From NCBI RefSeq assembly GCF_009914755.1, contig NC_060925.1: DNA of 64,000 nucleotides; one strand, 5' to 3'. Positions 55,301 through 64,000 of the stretch are shown one piece after another. The notes under the pieces were generated by a model. It saw nothing but the letters and a program-made list of their open reading frames with translations, did not search any database and was not told where the DNA came from. The first letter of the stretch is position 1. Each line of letters opens with the position of its first letter. This DNA is from the human T2T-CHM13v2.0 reference genome, Homo sapiens. The translations under genes were made by a program, and so were the position numbers.

Positions 55301-56488
55301 ATCTTCATCCACAGCATGTCCTAGACATTCAGTGCCTGGGCCAGTCTCTATAGTAAACTTGGGCTGATCTGGAAACGTCTCCACTTAGCTCTGTAAGGAT
55401 GGCACCCTTCAGGGTGCTTCAGAGGAAACTTACTGAATTCAACCCAAGTGTCCTGAAAGAAATTGAAGAAGTTACTCAAAGAGCTGAACTTTAAAACAAG
55501 GAGTAGCTGAGGGTGAGGCATATCCTATCTTGACTTTCTGAGCACTCTGGTACCATGGAATGTCTGTACACTGACCTTCGCCAAAGCCAAGAAAGCCCTG
55601 GTAGGAGTCACAGCAGCCATGGGTGAGCTGAAAGGCTTTTCCTGACTTCCTGGGGTCTCAGGAATAGCCAGAGGTGAAAAGATTTGCCTTTTTTACTACA
55701 TAATTGCACAAACCATGGTATCTATTTTCTGATCCAGATTTCCAAAGGCTTTTCTGAAAACTACAAGATATACCCCTTGTGGACTGTGTGAAAATAAATT
55801 TATCTTTATGTATTTGAACAGTAGCCATAGATGTGCCTCTTCTCTACAGATTTTTCTGTCACACACATACACATATAAACACACACATACACACACAGAG
55901 TCTGTGTGGTGGGCCAAACATGCCAAAAATAAATACTCTCACTTCTCTAAATTATTTATAGAACTCATCTGATTTTTAAAATATGTTAATAAATAATCTA
56001 AATGGGGGAGGGAGTTGAAGTGTTTTTTTTTTTTTTTTACTTATGTTGATGGATAGCCACAAAGCATAATCATCTTATTTACAAAAAACAAATGCCCCAA
56101 AACCTAAAAAAGCCCCCCCAGCAACCAAACATCTTCTGTAAATATAGTTTTTAAATGATGAGTAAGGTACTGTGCCATTGGCCCCCATTTGGTTATGTGC
56201 ATCATGTTAGTCAGCAGTAGCCATTCCACGAATTCCTCATGGGTAGTGCAACCAGTTAAAAAGTGTATAAAACATTATACATAGAAAAACTCTCACATCC
56301 TTTGGATGTTTGCAGTTCATCATAACTTTGTGGTTACCTTTCCGCAACATAAATTTAAAAAAAAAATCACACACACACATACACTCACACAGACCCATAT
56401 ATAGAAACCCATTCATCCAGTCATACACCATCCAGAGTGTAGTGCATGGGACTGAATTCCATGAGGCACGAAGGGGGTGATCCCATCC
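51820..56488 (-). other. LRP8: LRP8 long 3'UTR; poly(A) signals AATAAA 55204-55209, AATAAA 55033-55038, distal ATTAAA 51842-51847
   Basis: follows the TGA stop; AU-rich blocks; hexamers read directly; distal end approximate. Confidence 0.75.
52300..52343. repeat. (TA)n(CA)n microsatellite in LRP8 3'UTR
   Basis: direct read. Confidence 0.95.
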
Positions 56489-56527
56489 TCAGGGTAGTCC
56501 ATCATCTTCAAGGCTTAATGCCACTTG
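56489..56527 (-). CDS. LRP8: LRP8/ApoER2 last coding exon
   Basis: QVALSLEDDGLP-TGA after the ccccAG acceptor. Confidence 0.97.
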   Translation of the reverse strand, partial: QVALSLEDDGLP

Positions 56528-58850
56528 CTGGGGAGACAAACCAAAGAATTCATCATTAGATCCATAAGAGTTACTATTTATTTAGTATTGACAAATCACA
56601 GACTTACGTTACTTTAACAGGTATTAGCTCACATAATGTTCAAACTATCCTAAGAGACAGGATTTATCCTATTTATTTTACAGATGAGAAACAAAACTCA
56701 ATGAGCTTAAGTAGGGTTTGTTCTGGATCACATAGCAAGTGGCTGAACTAAAATTTGATCCCAGGTCTGTATGAATCCAAAGCTGTAGATTTTTTCATCA
56801 TTCTGTTTTGTATCTTTGTAAAGAAGAGTTGCACAGATCTAAATTTTCTTAATCCTCCCTTATAGGATTTTAGGTTTGGTCAATTTCAGTGGGTTAGCTT
56901 TGGCAAATGTTAAATTTCAGGCTATGGGGTTACTTGTCTCTAGCATGCTAATCACATTTAGAAAGGTAATATACTGCACCTTCCCAACAGATTAAACACA
57001 GTTGGGAGGCAATGCAGGTTAATTAAATTCCATCCCTCTCTCCCTCACCCCTGCTTTCCAGTCATTAGGTAGATGCTAGACTCCTGTCTGCCAAAAATGG
57101 CTGACCATGGGAAGGTGAGCCCACTAACCCCTGAGCCAGTCTATTCCATTGTGGACAACAGATTTAAATTCTTTCCTATATTAATGTGAAATTTGTTTGT
57201 TTATATCTTCTGACATTCCCTGATTCCATCTCAGACTCAGAGACAGTTCTACATAGGACAACCCTTGAAATTTATAGATGGTGTTTGAATTCCCTTCCGT
57301 TCATTCTGAGTGTTTTCTTCTCCAGGGTACACATCTAACTTTCCCCAACTAGTCCTGATGTAATCTTGTTTGCCTCTTTTCCATTTCCCAGATACCCTCC
57401 TTTGGAAAGACCCTCCCCAGCTTCAGTACTTTTCCTCATAGTTATGTGAATTTGGGCCAGCCACTTTACTTCTCTGAGACTTAGTTTTATCATCTATCAA
57501 ATGGGAATAGTAACAGGACCTACCTCACAGGGTTGTTGAGGAATCAAATGAGATAATGCACAGAGAGTGTTTAACATAGTACCTAACAACACATAGGGCC
57601 CAGAATATCCTAGGTCAACGTAACCAACATAAAATAGAATCAGACTAGTATCTCCCATCTCTGGACATTCTACATATGATAAAAAGTAACTCTACTGCCT
57701 TTCAAGTCATCTTTGGGTTATCTGTAGTTTTTTTATGAATGCAATGGCCATCCTCCACCAGTGTAGATATTTAAGACTATCTTATTCTAGTCTAGCTACC
57801 CTCCCACTCTCTCTAAGACAGATCTCTAGGCCAAAGATAGGCCCCAGTAGTGATGGTACAGTTATCCGAGAAATGGACAGAGGAGAGACAGGTTGTTGAG
57901 AATATTGATTTCCAGAGCTTCAAGGCTATTTACCTCATGATATAAAGGAAAGAGCATGGGCTTTTGTGTATATACAGACTGGAGTTTGAATTCTGGTTCT
58001 GCCACTTCCTGGCTATGACCTTAGGCAAGTTATTCAATTTCTATGAGTCTCAGTTTCCTCATCTGCAAAATGGGGCGAATAATATCAGCTTGATAAGGTT
58101 ATTATGAAGATTAAATGAGAAAATATATGTAAAACACTGGGAACAGTGTCTGACACACAGTAGGTGCTCACTAAATGTTGATTTCCTTATTTCTCTGCAA
58201 CTGGCAGAAGCTTATTACTTGGTCCTTAACACTCATCGGGAGTAACTCCCCCTGAGTCATTTCTTTCTCTGGAAATAATGTCACTTTACATGTGCAGAGT
58301 GCTTTGTAAGTCACAAAGTGCTCTCACACGTGCTATCTCACTTGTACTTTATAAACTCAGGAGGCAGGTAGAATGGGGGTTGTTATTCTCATTTTACAAA
58401 TAACAGTGAGCAGAAAGAAGTGACTGAGATCACAGGGCAGTGGAAGGATGGAACTGGGAGTTTTCTTATTCCAAGTTCAGTGCTTCTTCCACTGTGCTCC
58501 CTCTGATCTTCAAAAACTGGTCAAGCAACTATTTTTTTGGACTGGCCGAGGTTAAGGATCCTCAAGGCCATCTGCTAACCCTCCTCATTTGCTCCATCTC
58601 ATTTCCCATGTCTCCCCTTCATGAACAGTTTGCCTCAGCAGCAATTCTGTCTGCCCTGCCCCAAACTTGATTGCTTTCTTCCACATGCCATTCATTGGTC
58701 TGTGACTAACCCATTTTTCTTCTTTGCCCCAACACCCAGCTTACAATTTGCAGCCTTCCCAAACCAGAAAGCCTTCTAGGATTGGCTGCGCCTGCCTTGG
58801 TTCATGCCCTCACTCACCAGCCCCTCAGACTTAGAGTGGCACTGCCCTAC

Positions 58851-59027
58851 CTTGGATTTGACGACAGGCAGCTCGGAAAGAGGGTTCTTCGGGAGTTGGT
58901 GCAGCTGTGACCTTGGTTCCCCCGGCAAGACAAAAAGCTCCTTGAGGGCAGGGGCTGGGTCTTCCGGTTCTCTGGTCTCCCCAAGACAGGGCTCTGCCCA
59001 CAGTGGGCGATCAAAGCTGCTGATTGC
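58851..59027 (-). CDS. LRP8: LRP8 alternatively spliced 59-aa proline-rich cytoplasmic exon
   Basis: AISSFDRPLWAEPCLGETREPEDPAP...PVVKSK; 177 nt; phase 0/0. Confidence 0.97.
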
Positions 59028-59934
59028 CTGACAGGGGGATGGCACTGTGGATGACCTCTGAGGTCACACTCAGCCCCCTGACTGTGCTGTATAACAGTGA
59101 CACCTGCTGTGCCACTTTGTGGTCCTCATTCCCCCAAAAAGCCATGCTGTGTTGTACCTTCAAGCCTTTGCACATGCCTCTATCTGGAATGCCATTTCCC
59201 TCCTTCTCTCCCGGGAAAACTGCTATTAATCTTTCAAGGACATAGTCCATCTGTCACCTTCTCTGTGAGGCATTCCTTGCCTGATTCCCCAGACAGAATT
59301 AATAGCTCCCTTGTTGATGTTTCCATGGCATCTGTTCAACAAATATTTGTTGGGAGTCAGCCATGCCGTGCTAGGCATCAGGAAAACAGATTAATCAGAC
59401 AGTTCTGCCCTCAAGGATCTTATGGGTTAGTGAGGAGACCACTGAGTAAAAGACAAGTGGACTACAGTGTGACAGGGGCTGTGAGGTAGAGAGGCCCAGA
59501 GTACTGTGGGAGAACAAAGCAAGCCAAAGATAGCTTTCTAGAAGAGGGGACTCCTGAGCTTCCACCACGGCATTCAGCACACAATTATACCACTGTATGT
59601 TAGTATCTCTAACTCCCTACCAGCTTCTTGGGAGCAAGCATGTTCCTTATTGACTTTTGAATACTTGATATCTAATGTGGTGCTTGGCACATAACTGGCA
59701 TACAGTATTGAAATGAATACATTTGAATTAAATGGCCACAGTTACCCTTCCAGGCTAAAGGTTCTGAAAATTTACTGAGCAGAAAGAGAGACATTTGGCT
59801 TTTTTTACTGCCAGGAAGAGCCTCTAGGTACAAGGTGGTCCTGATACCTTTTTACCTTAACCACCTACCCCAGCATTTCTGTGTTCCCCAGGGCCTAGAA
59901 CAGTGCCTGATACATGGTGCGTTTTTGATAAATG

Positions 59935-60135
59935 TTTGAGGAAGGAAAGAAGGAGGAAGGGAAGGAGGGAGGAAAGGAAGGAAAGAAGGAAAGAAAAAAG
60001 ACAGGGAGGGAGGGAAGGACGGAAGGAAAGGAGGGAGGGAAGGACGGAAGGAAGGAAGGGAGGGAAGAAAGGATGGGAAGGAAGAAAGGATGGGAGGGGA
60101 AGAAAGGATGGAAGGGAAGATGGTCGGAAGGTAGG
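59935..60135. repeat. (GGAA/GGGA)n purine-rich repeat
   Basis: direct read. Confidence 0.95.
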
Positions 60136-60160
60136 AATTCTCCCAGTGAGAAATACTTAC

Positions 60161-60333
60161 TGCAGGATAGACATGGCCAATCTGAGCAGTTCTCCCTATA
60201 TGGAGCTCATCTTCATCTTCTTCTTCTGTTGTTTTCCTGTAGACTGGGTTGTCAAAATTCATGCTTTTGGTGTTCTTCCGCTTCCAGTTTCTCCAGATCA
60301 GGTATCCACTCATGCACAGGAGGGCTATCACCA
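60161..60333 (-). CDS. LRP8: LRP8 exon with end of TM helix and NPxY (FDNPVY)
   Basis: VIALLCMSGYLIWRNWKRKNTKSMNFDNPVYRKTT...GHVYPA; AG/GTAAGT. Confidence 0.98.
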
Positions 60334-61099
60334 CTGGAGGAAGGACACAGGACACTGGACCTCCAGCAGGCTCCAACCCACTGCTCAGACATCTGTACAA
60401 GGCTTGTCACCACTCCACTTTTACTACCCTTTGCTCCTCAGGCTCTGTTTCTGCATGTTCTTTTACTGCTGTTTGAAAGCCCATCTCTCATCCCTTCTTT
60501 CCTTTACTAACTATTCATCCTTCAAGATCCTGTTCAAATGTGAAGTCTTCCCCAACTGTGGGCAGAGTCAGTTGCTCTCTCATGTGTGCTCCCAGATCAC
60601 ACACAGTATCTTACTTTATGTATCTGTACTCCCAACTAGATAGCTCTTTCAAGGCAGGGACTGTGTCTTTTTTTTGTTTTTAAACTCTCTACGCCCAGTT
60701 CCTAGCACTGACTAGGTGCCTAGTAACATGTGCTGAATGAATGAGTGAATTTTACCACACCTTTGCCCTAATGCTGCTGCTTCCCTAGATTTCTCTAAGA
60801 AAACGATTCTCTCCCAAAACTGGGGGGTGGAGAGTGGGATGGGGCCAGGCAGAGTGTTTATTTCCAAAGGTGAGGCTCCACCTGAAGAAGAACATCTCTA
60901 GAAGGAGACACAGAGGGCAACACAAGCTCTGATTTAGAATAAATGACTATGTTAATGATTAAAGGAGGAAGCTCTCTCCAACACAGCTGGGTAAAAATGG
61001 AGCAAGTAGCTTTGTAAGGTGATTAGCAGTCACTCTGAGCATCCCAGTGGAGGCTGAATGATCACCTATCTAGGATGCTATGGAAGGGGTTTCTGTTTT

Positions 61100-63060
<1,961 letters not shown>

Positions 63061-64000
63061 AGTTATGTCAGCAAAACAGCATATATCTGCCTCTTTCTAT
63101 AGGGCAAAGGATGGCAAGAAAGGGGTAGATTTATCTTTCTCCACTCCAATCAAAATAATCCTGGAATAATCACCTCACCATCATCTTTCCTGGTGAAGCC
63201 TTTCAAGGCCAATTCAAATGCTGTCTTCTCCAGAAGCGCCACTTTTACTCTGGAATTACCTTTCCTTCTACCATCCCTTCACAAGAGTATCATGCCACTA
63301 TTACATTGTTCCTCTGTCTCTATCTATATCCAACATGCCCCTATCATAGCACATAATGACATGTATTAACATCTACCTTAAAGGACTTTATTTTTGCCTG
63401 ATTAAAGACTGAAAGCTCTTAAAGTCTTTATTTTTTTCTTCCCTGGATCCTTGGCACTTGGCACAGTCAGTGTCTTACACAGGGGAGAAGTTTTTAAAAC
63501 ATTTGCTGACTAACTCGGCATACTGAAGATTCCCAGGATAAAAGGACAAAGTTCCTGTCCTTGAAGTACTCATAGCCAAGTAAGGGAGATAAAGCTCTGA
63601 ATGGACAATCAGAATGCAAAGATACTGCTACGAGATGAGACTGCTAAGAGAGGGGTGTACAGGATACCGTGTGGTCATCAGGGTGGAAGAGAATGAATCA
63701 GCCCCCATGATTCTCTGTGAGGTCTTAACAAAGTGTTATACTCTGGCCATACTGATCTCCTTCTAGCTCTAAACCCACCCCACCCTGACCCTTCCAGGCC
63801 ATTTCCTACTCCTGGCTTTACTCATGCTGTCTTCACTGCTTGGACTGTTCTTGATCCTCCCTCACTTGGCTGACCCAGCTCAAATATCACTTCTGTTAGG
63901 AAACCTCCTCTTCCCTCTTCCCCCTCCCCCAGCCCAAGTTAAGTGTTTCCTCAGCACTGTCTCTGAAGTCAGTGCATGCAGCTTAACCTTAGGACCTACC

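Noticed and set aside
59852-60643. 182-246 aa ORFs around the LRP8 NPxY exon
   Set aside because: Open because of the stop-free GGAA repeat; only 60161-60333 is exon

Overview
Human (or near-identical primate) genomic DNA matching the 1p32.3 gene order. It contains CPT2 (+, 5 exons, 658 aa, CDS 6386-23031), CZIB/C1orf123 (-, 8 exons, 160 aa, 30011-24095), MAGOH (-, 5 exons, 146 aa, 47911-36492), and the last three exons plus ~4.7-kb 3'UTR of LRP8/ApoER2 (-). I traced every splice junction by hand; all are GT-AG and exon lengths sum to intact ORFs. The rest is dense in repeats: >30 Alus, L1/L2/MIR, MER30, MER82, MaLR LTRs and a full-length THE1 element with 5-bp TSD. The haplotype carries CPT2 Ile368 and LRP8 Gln952. 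No prokaryotic-type system (CRISPR, operon) is present and I cannot demonstrate a new system. The best unexplained candidates, all sequence-based hypotheses needing RNA data, are: (1) a MIR-derived frameshifting cassette exon in MAGOH intron 1 (possible EJC/NMD feedback); (2) CPT2 exon 4 flanked by inverted Alus, whose circle would be a stop-free endless ORF; (3) a ~65-bp direct repeat bracketing the CZIB promoter; (4) two pairs of opposing poly(A) signals at the CPT2/CZIB tail overlap; (5) an in-frame alternative donor on the LRP8 59-aa exon.
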